A DNA stretch of 64,000 bases from a virus. A program made the position numbers and the translations under genes. The notes beneath the pieces were generated by a model, which did not search any database, had not been told where the DNA came from, and worked only from the letters and a program-made list of their open reading frames with translations. Location: positions 32,001 to 96,000 of the IMG/VR virus record IMGVR_UViG_3300012663_001306; one strand, 5' to 3'. Position 1 is the first letter of the stretch; each line of letters starts with the position of its first letter. Shown here piece after piece: positions 39,160 to 49,963 of the stretch.

Positions 39160-39734
39160 TCTTAGCCATGTACTCAGGCGGCCTAGACAGCCTGGGTATG
39201 ATATACAAGTTACTCACAGATCCTGAGTACAAAGACTATGTGTTACACATACATCACGTACATAATCGTAATGTAGAGCATAGAAATCAGGCTGAAGCCG
39301 TGGTTGTAGAGCGAGTTCTAAAAGAACTAGAACAGTTGGGATTTAGTTTTGTCTACAGTGAAAGCGAAATAGCGTCACAACCTTACAATGGAAAGTTTAT
39401 GTATGACACGGACAGCATCAACTTCTTTGCTGGTTACATCTGCTCTGTTAATCCCCGCATAAAGAAAGTTGCCATGGGTATGCAGGCCAACGATCACAAT
39501 CATAGTTTAGAGGAACGCAGAATCCGTGCTAACAAAATATTCACTGCCTTCACTGATGTAGAAAAGATATTCCCTGTGCTTGACATGACCAAACGTGAGA
39601 TCTACGACAGCCTGCCTGAATCACTGCGAGATATGTTTTGGAGTTGCCGACGCCCTGTGTACAGTGAAAAAAATATCGCACCTTGTGGAAGATGCGATAC
39701 TTGTGCTAAACTGCGTGAGCAGGATATAGGTTAA
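39144..39734 (+). CDS. QueC-like (7-cyano-7-deazaguanine synthase family) PP-loop ATPase with Zn site, divergent
   Basis: YSGGLDS PP-loop; WSC..PCGRCDTC; start moved to ATG 39144. Confidence 0.8.
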   Translation: MEQQIILAMYSGGLDSLGMIYKLLTDPEYKDYVLHIHHVHNRNVEHRNQAEAVVVERVLKELEQLGFSFVYSESEIASQPYNGKFMYDTDSINFFAGYICSVNPRIKKVAMGMQANDHNHSLEERRIRANKIFTAFTDVEKIFPVLDMTKREIYDSLPESLRDMFWSCRRPVYSEKNIAPCGRCDTCAKLREQDIG

Positions 39735-39758
39735 CTAATCTTCCAAACTTAGACGCTC

Positions 39759-41798
39759 TTATAACGCAGCGATTCTAGTCTTGAAGTCTGCAAAGTCAGT
39801 ACTAGCAGTTACAAGAGTTTTTAAGTCTGTAACACTTATTGATGCGCCGCGCTGAGTAGAACCATCTGGGAATACAATTCCGCCTAGCGCACTTAAACTT
39901 AATGTCCATGTACCGTTGGCTAATGTAGCAGATTTGTCCTTAACTGGCAGATACAAGGAGAATGCATATACATTTGTTGATGTCGATTCTGCAACATCAA
40001 CAGCAGCCATTAGATATTCATTTGAAAATCCTCTAGTGTATTGTCTAGCATTGCCTACAATAGTAAATTCTTGATCAAATCCATTAGTATTTGCTGCTCT
40101 AATTTTATTTCCCGGTTTTAGATCATATATAGCTGTTAATAGTTCTTTTCCAGGAATATTAAATGTAAACGTAGAAGTGTTCCAAGCAATGAATCCTGCG
40201 TCTCTGGGTCCGTTGCCTTCGCCGCCGAAATATTCTAGTTTAGAAACTGCATCATTACCGTTAACCAACATCTGCCCTGTTTCGGAAATACTAATAGTAC
40301 TAGTACCGATATAGACTGTACTGGTACTTAAATAGAGATCTCTAAATCGGTTAGCAGGACTACCTAAATCGTATGCTACATCAGTATCTGGTATAATATT
40401 GCCCGGTACTGTTAAACTGCCATCATTGCTAAATGTCCAAGTATTGGCACCAAAAACATCTGGATTCGTTGTGCCGCCTGTGATTACCTGTACAATTCCG
40501 GACAGCGTTGACGCTGATCGAGCACGACCTCCTGTGATAGTAACGTCGCCGCCCTTGCCCGGATCAGATGGATCGCCAGCCTGGCCAACAACATCGCCGC
40601 CAGTGATTTCCACAAATCCACCGTAGCCTGTTGAGGTACTGTTATAGATTTCAGTATTTCCGCCTTCAATCCTAACATAGCCACCATCGTGGTCCTGTCC
40701 TTGGCCTCCGCGTAGTTTAACATCGCCACCACTGCCGCCAGTACGGCCACCAGTCCAGTCTTGGCTTTCACCACCAGTACCGCCCCAAATGTAAACATCA
40801 CCGCCTTCGCCCACTGTGTAAGTACTAGTGCTCCAAACTCCAAATCCACGCTGTCCTTGAATTACGATTCGTTGAGCGGATGGGTTGGCCTCTGTGGTTG
40901 CTGGTCCTGTGACGATGACTTGATTGCCACTGTCATTGCTTAACCTTAATGTTGGTCCGTTAAGGGTGTAGTCATATTCGTAGCCTGTGTTAGTTTTGGT
41001 TGGCAGTGACAGGCCTTCTGGTAGTCGTAGATGGCCATCAAACCTAAAAGTCCATGCGTATGAACTTGCTGTGGTTTCTGTGACAATCTGAATTCCACTA
41101 CTGGCACCGTTGTCGTCTAGGTTTACAAGTTTTAACTCAAAGTAGTCGCCTGCTGACACGTAAATATCGTCTGTGGCGTCTAATGTAATATCTCTTCCTG
41201 AACGAATAGTTATATCATCGTCGCCAGTGGCCATGCCAAAGTAACCATTACCTTCAAAACCTTCGATGTCTAAACCAATGGTGTTGATGTAGTTGTAATT
41301 AAAATCAATGTCATTTATTGCGATAGGCCCTGGGTCAGTTGTAGCCAGTGTTATAGTGTACAATCGTGGAGTACCACCTTGGGAGATCACATCGGTCACT
41401 GTTGTACTGAGATTGGTTGTGCCGGGATTTATTACTAGACTGACATCGCTGTAATTATAGGGAAAGGTAGTATTGCCATCAAAATAATTTGATAGTCTTG
41501 ATAACAGATCATCGAGATACAGTCCCTCATTATTCGCCATCTGTACAGCAATAGACCCAGTGGTATAGGTAAAAGTTTGGCCATCACCGTCATCATAATT
41601 GTCTTCGTAAGTTTTCTGTGCTGTTATTTTATTACCAGTACCACCAATAGATTCTAATCCGCTCCACGCTGTGGTACCATCACCTACTCTCAGTTCATTG
41701 TTGGTAGTGTCGTAGCCTGCTTCACCTAGTGCCAATACTGGATCATTACTAGTCCAATTGGCGGCTGTGTCTCTACGTAGTTTAATTCTTGTTGTCAT
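39759..41798 (-). CDS. Tail fibre protein with major-tropism-determinant-type N-terminal domain
   Basis: RIKLRRDTAANWTSNDPVLALGEAGYDT..RVGDGTTAW; GGDVxIxGG repeats; IIPDTDVAYDLGS motif. Confidence 0.8.
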   Translation of the reverse strand: MTTRIKLRRDTAANWTSNDPVLALGEAGYDTTNNELRVGDGTTAWSGLESIGGTGNKITAQKTYEDNYDDGDGQTFTYTTGSIAVQMANNEGLYLDDLLSRLSNYFDGNTTFPYNYSDVSLVINPGTTNLSTTVTDVISQGGTPRLYTITLATTDPGPIAINDIDFNYNYINTIGLDIEGFEGNGYFGMATGDDDITIRSGRDITLDATDDIYVSAGDYFELKLVNLDDNGASSGIQIVTETTASSYAWTFRFDGHLRLPEGLSLPTKTNTGYEYDYTLNGPTLRLSNDSGNQVIVTGPATTEANPSAQRIVIQGQRGFGVWSTSTYTVGEGGDVYIWGGTGGESQDWTGGRTGGSGGDVKLRGGQGQDHDGGYVRIEGGNTEIYNSTSTGYGGFVEITGGDVVGQAGDPSDPGKGGDVTITGGRARSASTLSGIVQVITGGTTNPDVFGANTWTFSNDGSLTVPGNIIPDTDVAYDLGSPANRFRDLYLSTSTVYIGTSTISISETGQMLVNGNDAVSKLEYFGGEGNGPRDAGFIAWNTSTFTFNIPGKELLTAIYDLKPGNKIRAANTNGFDQEFTIVGNARQYTRGFSNEYLMAAVDVAESTSTNVYAFSLYLPVKDKSATLANGTWTLSLSALGGIVFPDGSTQRGASISVTDLKTLVTASTDFADFKTRIAAL

Positions 41799-41811
41799 TT
41801 ATCTGCTCCGT

Positions 41812-42018
41812 TTATGCTGTTCCACCGTCTAAGGTGACATCTGTTGCTGTAGTGTAGGTCCAGGCTGAATCGCCACCTTCCACATAGTATTTTGCTTGAC
41901 TGCTGGTAATTGCTTGGCTAGCGGACCAGCGATCACCGGTCCATACATAGGTTACCGCGTTGGTAGCCACATAACTTTGGCCCACTGTGGGCGATGCTGG
42001 AAATGTTATTGCTGTCAT
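41812..42018 (-). CDS. Small virion protein (FPxSPxxGQ..W motif)
   Basis: 68 aa; same N-terminal motif as the 993-aa fibre; TAAATA 6 nt upstream. Confidence 0.7.
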   Translation of the reverse strand: MTAITFPASPTVGQSYVATNAVTYVWTGDRWSASQAITSSQAKYYVEGGDSAWTYTTATDVTLDGGTA

Positions 42019-42035
42019 AATGTGTATTTACCCGT

Positions 42036-43265
42036 TTATAGTCCGAATCTTGCTCGTAGAGCCGCATAGTTCTGTAGTTGTTCTGCTTCAGTCAATGCTC
42101 TGTTGTACATCAGCACCAAGGCAATTTGTCCTTGGAAGTGACGGTGAGCGTAGACGCTGGTACCAATGTACAATCCGTTTGGCATTGTCCAAGCGTTGTT
42201 GGTCCTAGATCCGCCCATGATGTTCCATCCTGCTACTGGAAAATTACTTGCTTGGCCATTTATATAGTAAGTAGCCGCACTAGGGTAGGCCCAATCATTG
42301 CCGTCTCCAGGGTTGTTCACTGCCCAGCCACCGATGCCGTTGGTTCCAAATCTAACACTCTTATCTGCTTCTACACCAAACAATCCAACGAGGCCAGAGG
42401 CTGTGAAATCAGGTTGAAACACTATAGTAAAGTCTGTATAGGTATTTTGTGCGGTGGTATGTATACTACTGCCTATATAACTATCTCCAGCATTTGTTTG
42501 CCAGCCAATATAAGTGTTTGATCCAATTGTGCCTGTCACAATAGCACTAAAGTCATTTATAATAGTTCCATTGTTGGTAGCAGTTGATAGATCAGTGATG
42601 CCGGTCCCGTTAGTTGTGCCGCCTGAATAACAAACAGGATTGCTAAAATCGTAGTGTAATACCAATCCGTCTGTGACAATGGGCGGTGGTGGAGTATGAC
42701 CTCTCAGTGTGACACCCCCACTAGGAACAAAAAATCCCGTGGTGCTATCTACATCACGATATAAATGCGGAGTAATATCATTCCAAGTAGATCCACTATC
42801 AGTGCTGTATTCAATCAATAGGTCGGCACCTCCACCCTCATTGCCCCATTGTACTCTTAAGGGATAATCTGTGCCCGCAGTTAATGCGATAGGATTGCTG
42901 GTGTCGGGTGCTTGATAGTATGCCTTAATTAGATAATTTGGATTAACCGATTCATCGCCCGCAAATCCTTCTACAGCAAGTGAACCTAACCAAACTAAAA
43001 GATGGTCATCAGGATTGCCTCGAATTAGGTAGGTGCCACTAGTAGGTGCTCGGAAGTAGCCTAGATACTGGGCACTACACGCTGAAACATCAAACAGACT
43101 ATTAGAATTCCATCCAGATACAACACTAGTGCTAGTTGCAGTATTTGCGGCGAACCAAGTGGCATCGTAATTAAAAATACCTGTGTAAAAAGTTTGTACA
43201 AGACCTGCTACTAGACTTGGTTGCCTAGTTCTGATAGTCTGTGCTGATCGTAGAGTTATTGACAT
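42036..43265 (-). CDS. PA14-like plus LamG-like carbohydrate-binding virion protein
   Basis: GYFRAPTSGTY..DD..YPLRVQWGNEGGG (PA14); IVTDGLVLHYD..MYNRALTEAEQLQNY (LamG-like). Confidence 0.78.
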   Translation of the reverse strand: MSITLRSAQTIRTRQPSLVAGLVQTFYTGIFNYDATWFAANTATSTSVVSGWNSNSLFDVSACSAQYLGYFRAPTSGTYLIRGNPDDHLLVWLGSLAVEGFAGDESVNPNYLIKAYYQAPDTSNPIALTAGTDYPLRVQWGNEGGGADLLIEYSTDSGSTWNDITPHLYRDVDSTTGFFVPSGGVTLRGHTPPPPIVTDGLVLHYDFSNPVCYSGGTTNGTGITDLSTATNNGTIINDFSAIVTGTIGSNTYIGWQTNAGDSYIGSSIHTTAQNTYTDFTIVFQPDFTASGLVGLFGVEADKSVRFGTNGIGGWAVNNPGDGNDWAYPSAATYYINGQASNFPVAGWNIMGGSRTNNAWTMPNGLYIGTSVYAHRHFQGQIALVLMYNRALTEAEQLQNYAALRARFGL

Positions 43266-43268
43266 AGG

Positions 43269-46200
43269 TTAAGTGAAATTCCAGACTCCGCCCATACTTT
43301 GCCAAGCACTGTCTGTAAAGATCAGCGTGACCATGTTGGTTGGATCAGTGCCGTCTGTAAATGGAGTAAATGAAACATCAGTATAAACTGTTCCGTCAAG
43401 TCGGACATTGGCAACAGTTACATTATGAGCCGTTGAGCCAGTTTGTCTAACCAAATACATGATCTGTCCTTCAACACCATCAGCCAGTGTGTAATCACCG
43501 TTGGTTAGTTTGTTGACAGATTTAGTTAGATCTACGGCTGTTGGAGTTTCTTGTACTACTGAATCAACCCCTATGTTTGTGGTCTGTCCCGGAGAATCAC
43601 CCAGGTCTTCACTGGTCAGTTGTCCAATAGTAGCATTTACAGCATACGACGAAGTTGAACTAATGTCGAAGAAACTAGTAATACTGCCGCTGGCGACAGT
43701 CACGCTAAATGTCACGCTGCCTATGGTAACTGGACCATACATGCCATTCGCAAGACTCAACCCAGTCATGCTACCACCTAATGCGTTAGGTATGCCAGTG
43801 GTAGTTGGTAATATCACACCAGTCTTGGCCACTGTGCTTTTAACTAGGGCACCTGGCAATGTTAGTTTTCCATCTGCGGCAAATTCCCAAACTTTCATAT
43901 CATTGGTTGAAGTTCCCGCAGTCAATACTACTTTAGCAAGACCGTCACCAAACTTGTTAAGACCTACTTGAGCAATCTGGGATGATGTGCTAGCAGTTTC
44001 TGCCCACTGTAATGCCACAGAGCCAGTGCTACCATACCCTTGAAGGCTAAATGCTTTGCCAGTGTCCGCAACAATCCTAGGAAAATGTGATCCATTGTAT
44101 TCATCAATGGATACACCAATAGGCAATGTTGTACTACCATCAGCGGCAAATGTCCAAGTATTGGTTGTACTTGTTGTTAAAGTTTCAATGTAGACATTAG
44201 GATCTGTACTGTTGCCTAGGATAACGCTGGCTGTACTTAATGTTAGAACACCATCTGTACCAAATGTCCAAGTACTTGTGTTAGCACCCAGTGTACCAAC
44301 GACTATGGTGCCACTGTGATCCACTTTGACATACTGATCATCATCGCCTAGATATAGATCAGTTCCACCACCACCTGCTGTCAAGTGTATGTGATTGCCG
44401 TCTACGCCTGCTGTGGGATAAATTACCAATGCTTGAGTAGAACTAGATGCTCCCGAAGGTTCAAGTCTAATAGCACCACCAAAAGCACCACCAACTTCTG
44501 AAATAACACCACCGTTTGGTAATGTCAATGTGCCAGTTGAACTTAATACTACGCTGTTACTGCCTGCTGTTAATCTATCACCTAATGCTGTGGTACTGCC
44601 ACCTACTGAATTACCATTCATCAATGTGTCTGTATAGACAGTAGCACCGTTGTTGATGTTAATGGTTAGATTCTTAAAGTAAGTTTTATTTACACCGCCG
44701 TCATTGTCGCTGGCAAAGCCAATCTTATAGCTAGTGTTAAAGAATGATGTTTCAGTATAGGTAATAGTGTCCAATACATTATTGCTGGTGTCCATTGTTA
44801 CTAGTTCAATTGCCGCGGTGCCTGTACCAGTTGGGTCAACAGTTAGTCTCGCTCTGTATGTTCCTAGGCTAGGTGGAATCCACCCTTCACCACCACCAGC
44901 ACCGCCACTTATACCGTTTAGTTCCGTTGGGGTATACTTTGCGTCAATGCTAGAGCCACTACCTTCCCAGACCCAAGTAGGAGTAGTTCCACTGGCAAAT
45001 ACAGTGATACCAAAGTCGGACTCTTCTAAATCATTGACTACAAAATCAACTGTGGTTACAGATTTTGTATCGTTGGGGATACTAAATGTTGTTCGGAATG
45101 GAAATGAAGTTCCTTCTGGTTCTTCAACCCCAAGTATGGTAGCATTAGTACTCCAAGCACCACTTGAATCCCAACCGTAGTCAGTGTTCAATGTTGGCAA
45201 GTGTTCAGTATCTGCTACCACTGTGATCCAATTTGGTAGGGCAATATATCTATCACCTAATACACTATTTCCATAACTGTCAAGGATATCACCACCCGGT
45301 GGTAGTATGATATTGTTGTTGACAAATGTCCAAGTGTTGGTAGTTGTAGTTCCACCGGCAGTACCACTGCCCAAGGCAATAGTTTCGCCAGTTAAGCCAA
45401 CTACATCAGTAACTGTACTAACGCTGATACTGCTGGTTGATGTTATCGCCGTTGATGTGCCAGTTGACCATACCAGTGTAGTCACAGTGTATGTACCAGT
45501 TGAACAGATGCCGTCTATGTCACTGGTAATATCAATTATGTCTATGTTGTCAAAGGTGCCTGTGACGCTGCCATCGATGGGCAGTTGTGCCACCATTACT
45601 CTCCCTGCGTTAGTGCCAGTGTTGTCATCTATATCTGATTCAGTGACAGCAGTGACCACTATGGTATCTTGATATATGTCGCCTACTCTGTGACCAGAGG
45701 CTCCAAAGCCAAAGCTGAAATTATCAAAAATCAATAATCCCGCATTAGTTGCCAGCATACGACTGTATAACATTTCTCCATTAGTAGGATTAAGTTTTGT
45801 TATCCATAACTGTGGTTGCCCTGCTGGAGGACCGGGTATAGTACCAGTTACATAGACATTGCCCGTGGCGTCAAAACTTAAATCGTATGCTCCGGTATTA
45901 TAATCGCCAAAATTGTTAGGAATAGGGTCAAGTTCTCCCACTGCTAGGAATGACGCCCATATCAATACGCCATCTGTGTCAAATTTAGATACTACAGCCT
46001 TTTGGTCGGGATCGTCGTTGACTATGGTATAAACATATCCACCGTTGTATATCACCGCGGCGGCAACATCCCCTGTGACAGTGACTAATTCTTTGGTCCA
46101 TTGATGTGAGCCATTGATGTCCCATTTAGACAACATAGCCCGTAAACCACCGTCATTGTAATCACCTATGGCCCAAACATCGCCTGTGGCAGGGTTAACA

Positions 46201-49200
46201 GTCACAGCACGGTATACTCCATTACTAGGAAGGGATTCAAAATCTTCAGGTACGATACTGCCGGTCCAAATTGGCACCCCACTGTCGCCGTCAACTTTGA
46301 TCACCGCCGGTATTTCATTACCGTCATAGAAAGCACCTGCTAGATAATAATTTCCAGAATTATCACAGGCTATATCAACACCGGCAAACGCTCCGTCAAT
46401 AAATCCTAAACTTGCCTGGGCAACTCCGCCGAGTCCAAGATTGCCTTCAGTGTCCATGTAGCCGGTCCAGCAACCAAATGTTGGGTCGAGTGCTGTGGCC
46501 AACCAATAGATTCTGTCATTGCTGTCTATGGCAAAGGCTTGATTGACCGCACCGCAATTAGCACCACTGTCATCATGCCAGGTTCTACTCCATAATAAAT
46601 TACCATTGGTATCGTATTTTAACAGTAGACTATCTAGACCAAACATCTCATTGGTATCAAATTGAACGCCACCTAGTACATATACATTGCCCTGACTGTC
46701 ATAGAAAGCACCAGTGCCTACGGTATAACTAGATGTAGTGACCGCAGTGGTTATACCCCCAAATTCTGCCGCCCAGTATGGACGAATTACTCCACTGCCG
46801 GGTACCTGTATTGTTACACTGTTGTTGCTGACAGTCAACTTGGTGTTATCGCCACCGTCAATGACAATGGCATCACCGTCGACATTGGCAGTACCGATAA
46901 CGGTGCCATCAATGGCCAGGCCGTCTAGGTATGTTTCTGGACTTGGGATCTGTGTTGGACTTGCGTCTAACCATACACCATCGTTTTTAATGTATAGTCT
47001 ACCTTCTTGATTATCAAACCATAACTGTCCATTGACTCTTGTTGGTGCTGTACTGGTTGTTGCTACACGGACAACGGATCCATTAGCATCTTGTATATCA
47101 TCAGGTATGGTTAAGTTACCATCCGCACCAAATTCCCAAGTGTTGCTACTACCGAAACCATTACTTATTCCTGTTAATATTTGTACGGTGCCAGTAGTCG
47201 ATGCGAATGGACTATTGACAATTACTGCCGCAACTTCTGTGCTTGTTGTTCCTAAATTTTCAAAGTTGTCTACCCATTGTAAAGCACCTGCGCCGGACTG
47301 ACCGTGAACAACAACACCTAACAAAGTACCGGTACTGCCTATAATAAAATCCTGGAATCCACCACCACTAATATCTCCAATACGAGTATTGCCACTTGGT
47401 AATGTTAGTACGCCATTTGTGTCAAATGTCCATAAACTATTTCCAGATAAAATATCAATATCAGCCACACTCTGGATTCGAGCAGTACCATTACTGGCCT
47501 GGGGAAGATTTAACTGCCCAGTGTTGGCAAACGACCAAGAGTATGGTAGCGTACTAGTGACTTGTAAAGTGGCTGTGGTATTGTTTTGTATGCTAGCTGG
47601 AATGGTAATTATGTCACCGACTGTGAATATTTCTGTAGATTGTACTACAAAATTACCACTGACTAACGGACCCGGGCCCGATGGAACATACACTAAGGTA
47701 CCAGGATAGTCGGTGCCGTAGGTAGAGTTGCCAAGATAGTTTGTGCCGCTACTGACCACAGTTACACTAGTTGCATTAATTTGCCCTATGACTGCACCGC
47801 TGGTTCTAATAGTTGCCACACTTCCGCTAAGATATAAATTATCTCCTGCTTTTAATTCTACATCATCACCATAGTTAAATGTAAGGAATGAGTTTACATC
47901 AGTGGGTCCTATTTTGCCCTGTGATGGTAATGTTAAATTACCATTGCTGCCAAAGGTCCATGTGTTGGCATTGGTAACTAGTGTGATATCACTGTTATTG
48001 CTAACAGAAACTTGCGAAGAGGTGAATGCAAAATTTGCTGTATTAGAACCGCCAGTTTGAATAGGTTCGCCGTTGATGGCTAAAGTGTTGCCAGCTATAC
48101 TTAATGCTGTACCACCTAGATAGATAGTGCTGGTGCCCACATACAAACTACGCCATTGACTTGATGTAGATCCTAAGTCGTAAGCTAAATCTGATGAAGG
48201 TAATATATTACTATAAACATTTTCCCAGTCTACGTAGGCAGCGCCACTATTAGCCCATTCTAAGTAATTTCCAGAACCTTGTATCATTACCTGGCCTGTA
48301 GAGCCTTTAGTTTTTGGTAATACATAGTTTTGACCAAACTCTGCTAATTCGTCGTAATCTCCAAATCCAAATCCGCCATGCGAACCTATTATAACTCCTA
48401 ACGGAGTAACTGCTAATAGTCCAGGACTTTCTCCACTAGTCCCAATATCGAAATCTAGTGAATTAGAAGCATACAGACCAATACTTCGACCTTTAATTAA
48501 TAAAGGTGCATGTGTTGCTGTATTAGTAGACAATATTGTTTGTGGTTGCGTTAAGAACGGAACTGGATATCCAGGTGGTGTAGCAAACGAAGCGTTTGGA
48601 GTAATTTGCAGGCTATGTCTGCCTATACCCGAAGCCGGGTTAATGATTCCAGTGCCTTTGAATGTAACAGGGGTATCAATCTCTCCAATAACTCGAACTC
48701 TATTTCTCAATTCAATACTAGCACCCGGTCCTTGCAATGTTACTCCAACAGTTCCAGTATTAATAATTGTGAGTGGTTGGAATGAAGAATCTCCGTCACT
48801 GGGTAACACAATTCCGGCTGTACTCGGAACATCTCCAAGTTGTGCATTAGGTCGACTAGTTGCCGACAATCTTACAGTTAAATCATTTGCATAAAACGAA
48901 GTAGGTGTGATGGTCCACCCAGCCAAAATATCATTTCCGTTTACATATAAACGAGCAGTTATAGGGTCTACGTTTACTCCGATACCACTAAAATATGTAG
49001 CTCCACCTAGATATAAGTTACCCCATGTGTAGTCTTCAGCACCTATATTATAAAATGCGGCTGTATCTGGAATTAAATTACTTTGGCTAATGCTTTGATA
49101 TATTGTGGCTGTTGTGTAATCTCTTAGAAGTTGAGCAGTAATACCTGCTTGTGTATTAGTAACGTACCCTGTTAAAAAGTTAGGCAACGTAGTCGGAGTT

Positions 49201-49613
49201 AAAAATCCTTGATTATCTACATAAAGATAAGTGGTATATTCAGTTAAGGCACCGTCTACATATTCCTTTGTAATATAATTTCTACTATCGAGCGTAGAAG
49301 TAGAAACAAATCTATTGTTAACATAATCTAGACTAGCATAGTTTGATAGAGATATTGTACTGCTAGTAACAAATCCTAAAGGATTTTCATCTGAATAAGG
49401 TGTATATCCTAAAATTGTTGAGATATCAGTTGCTGTAAACGTTACAACTCCCGTTTGACTATTAAAACTAGTAACCCCGGCAGAGACAAATGCTGACTCT
49501 AATCTTTTGAAATTGTCATTTACTTTGGTAAACGCAGTCCTTAAACTGTCGCCGTTACCTGCATTTGCGCTAGTTCCTGTGTTGATGATGTTAATTATTG
49601 AAGGCGTAGTCAT
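43269..49613 (-). CDS. Long tail fibre / baseplate-attached protein with T4 gp9/gp10-type N-terminus and beta-propeller region
   Basis: INTGTSANAGNGDSLRTAFTKVNDNF; ~8 TWxFxxxGxLTLP repeats; repeated KYDTNGNLLW/KFDTDGVLIW blades; TAAATA at 49635-49640. Confidence 0.82.
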   Translation of the reverse strand: MTTPSIINIINTGTSANAGNGDSLRTAFTKVNDNFKRLESAFVSAGVTSFNSQTGVVTFTATDISTILGYTPYSDENPLGFVTSSTISLSNYASLDYVNNRFVSTSTLDSRNYITKEYVDGALTEYTTYLYVDNQGFLTPTTLPNFLTGYVTNTQAGITAQLLRDYTTATIYQSISQSNLIPDTAAFYNIGAEDYTWGNLYLGGATYFSGIGVNVDPITARLYVNGNDILAGWTITPTSFYANDLTVRLSATSRPNAQLGDVPSTAGIVLPSDGDSSFQPLTIINTGTVGVTLQGPGASIELRNRVRVIGEIDTPVTFKGTGIINPASGIGRHSLQITPNASFATPPGYPVPFLTQPQTILSTNTATHAPLLIKGRSIGLYASNSLDFDIGTSGESPGLLAVTPLGVIIGSHGGFGFGDYDELAEFGQNYVLPKTKGSTGQVMIQGSGNYLEWANSGAAYVDWENVYSNILPSSDLAYDLGSTSSQWRSLYVGTSTIYLGGTALSIAGNTLAINGEPIQTGGSNTANFAFTSSQVSVSNNSDITLVTNANTWTFGSNGNLTLPSQGKIGPTDVNSFLTFNYGDDVELKAGDNLYLSGSVATIRTSGAVIGQINATSVTVVSSGTNYLGNSTYGTDYPGTLVYVPSGPGPLVSGNFVVQSTEIFTVGDIITIPASIQNNTTATLQVTSTLPYSWSFANTGQLNLPQASNGTARIQSVADIDILSGNSLWTFDTNGVLTLPSGNTRIGDISGGGFQDFIIGSTGTLLGVVVHGQSGAGALQWVDNFENLGTTSTEVAAVIVNSPFASTTGTVQILTGISNGFGSSNTWEFGADGNLTIPDDIQDANGSVVRVATTSTAPTRVNGQLWFDNQEGRLYIKNDGVWLDASPTQIPSPETYLDGLAIDGTVIGTANVDGDAIVIDGGDNTKLTVSNNSVTIQVPGSGVIRPYWAAEFGGITTAVTTSSYTVGTGAFYDSQGNVYVLGGVQFDTNEMFGLDSLLLKYDTNGNLLWSRTWHDDSGANCGAVNQAFAIDSNDRIYWLATALDPTFGCWTGYMDTEGNLGLGGVAQASLGFIDGAFAGVDIACDNSGNYYLAGAFYDGNEIPAVIKVDGDSGVPIWTGSIVPEDFESLPSNGVYRAVTVNPATGDVWAIGDYNDGGLRAMLSKWDINGSHQWTKELVTVTGDVAAAVIYNGGYVYTIVNDDPDQKAVVSKFDTDGVLIWASFLAVGELDPIPNNFGDYNTGAYDLSFDATGNVYVTGTIPGPPAGQPQLWITKLNPTNGEMLYSRMLATNAGLLIFDNFSFGFGASGHRVGDIYQDTIVVTAVTESDIDDNTGTNAGRVMVAQLPIDGSVTGTFDNIDIIDITSDIDGICSTGTYTVTTLVWSTGTSTAITSTSSISVSTVTDVVGLTGETIALGSGTAGGTTTTNTWTFVNNNIILPPGGDILDSYGNSVLGDRYIALPNWITVVADTEHLPTLNTDYGWDSSGAWSTNATILGVEEPEGTSFPFRTTFSIPNDTKSVTTVDFVVNDLEESDFGITVFASGTTPTWVWEGSGSSIDAKYTPTELNGISGGAGGGEGWIPPSLGTYRARLTVDPTGTGTAAIELVTMDTSNNVLDTITYTETSFFNTSYKIGFASDNDGGVNKTYFKNLTININNGATVYTDTLMNGNSVGGSTTALGDRLTAGSNSVVLSSTGTLTLPNGGVISEVGGAFGGAIRLEPSGASSSTQALVIYPTAGVDGNHIHLTAGGGGTDLYLGDDDQYVKVDHSGTIVVGTLGANTSTWTFGTDGVLTLSTASVILGNSTDPNVYIETLTTSTTNTWTFAADGSTTLPIGVSIDEYNGSHFPRIVADTGKAFSLQGYGSTGSVALQWAETASTSSQIAQVGLNKFGDGLAKVVLTAGTSTNDMKVWEFAADGKLTLPGALVKSTVAKTGVILPTTTGIPNALGGSMTGLSLANGMYGPVTIGSVTFSVTVASGSITSFFDISSTSSYAVNATIGQLTSEDLGDSPGQTTNIGVDSVVQETPTAVDLTKSVNKLTNGDYTLADGVEGQIMYLVRQTGSTAHNVTVANVRLDGTVYTDVSFTPFTDGTDPTNMVTLIFTDSAWQSMGGVWNFT

Positions 49614-49674
49614 GTAATTGTCCCGATGTTATGATATTTAGTTTGGATTTTTGTAATCCGAATGTAAATACTTT

Positions 49675-49962
49675 ATGTTTTTACAAACAAAGATTATAAC
49701 CACAAAATTTACTAGAAAGAGTCGATTAGGAGTAGAGCATACCTACGTAAAAAATAAAACAATCGCAATATTCGAATGTGATAATTGCAAATCTCAATTT
49801 GAACGGGACTTAGGAAAAGTTGACCACAGGCGCCTAAGTAATCATGTTACCCACGTTTGCTCAAACTGTAATCAAAAACAATTTGCCCAAAGAAAAGGAG
49901 TTGAACAACGTAAGTTTTGGAATCTGCCCGTCGACAGCGATATCAATATCAGCAATATTTAG
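49675..49962 (+). CDS. Small CxxC..CxxC (Zn-ribbon) protein
   Basis: CDNC and CSNC; TAAATA 4 nt upstream. Confidence 0.7.
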   Translation: MFLQTKIITTKFTRKSRLGVEHTYVKNKTIAIFECDNCKSQFERDLGKVDHRRLSNHVTHVCSNCNQKQFAQRKGVEQRKFWNLPVDSDINISNI

Positions 49963-49963
49963 G

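Noticed and set aside
39144-39734. Complete queuosine/7-deazaguanine DNA modification pathway
   Set aside because: Only a divergent QueC-like gene is present; the partners are absent here, though they could lie elsewhere in the genome
39759-41798. Diversity-generating retroelement suggested by the Mtd-like N-terminus
   Set aside because: No reverse transcriptase, no template/variable repeat pair and no C-type lectin tip seen in the window
6569-48894. Dozens of 60-220 aa ORFs antisense or out of frame within the fibre genes (Pro-rich, MPPAPP.., MLVVLD.., YNQMIQ..)
   Set aside because: They are shadows of Gly-rich and 18-bp periodic coding sequence, fully nested in long ORFs, with no independent start signals
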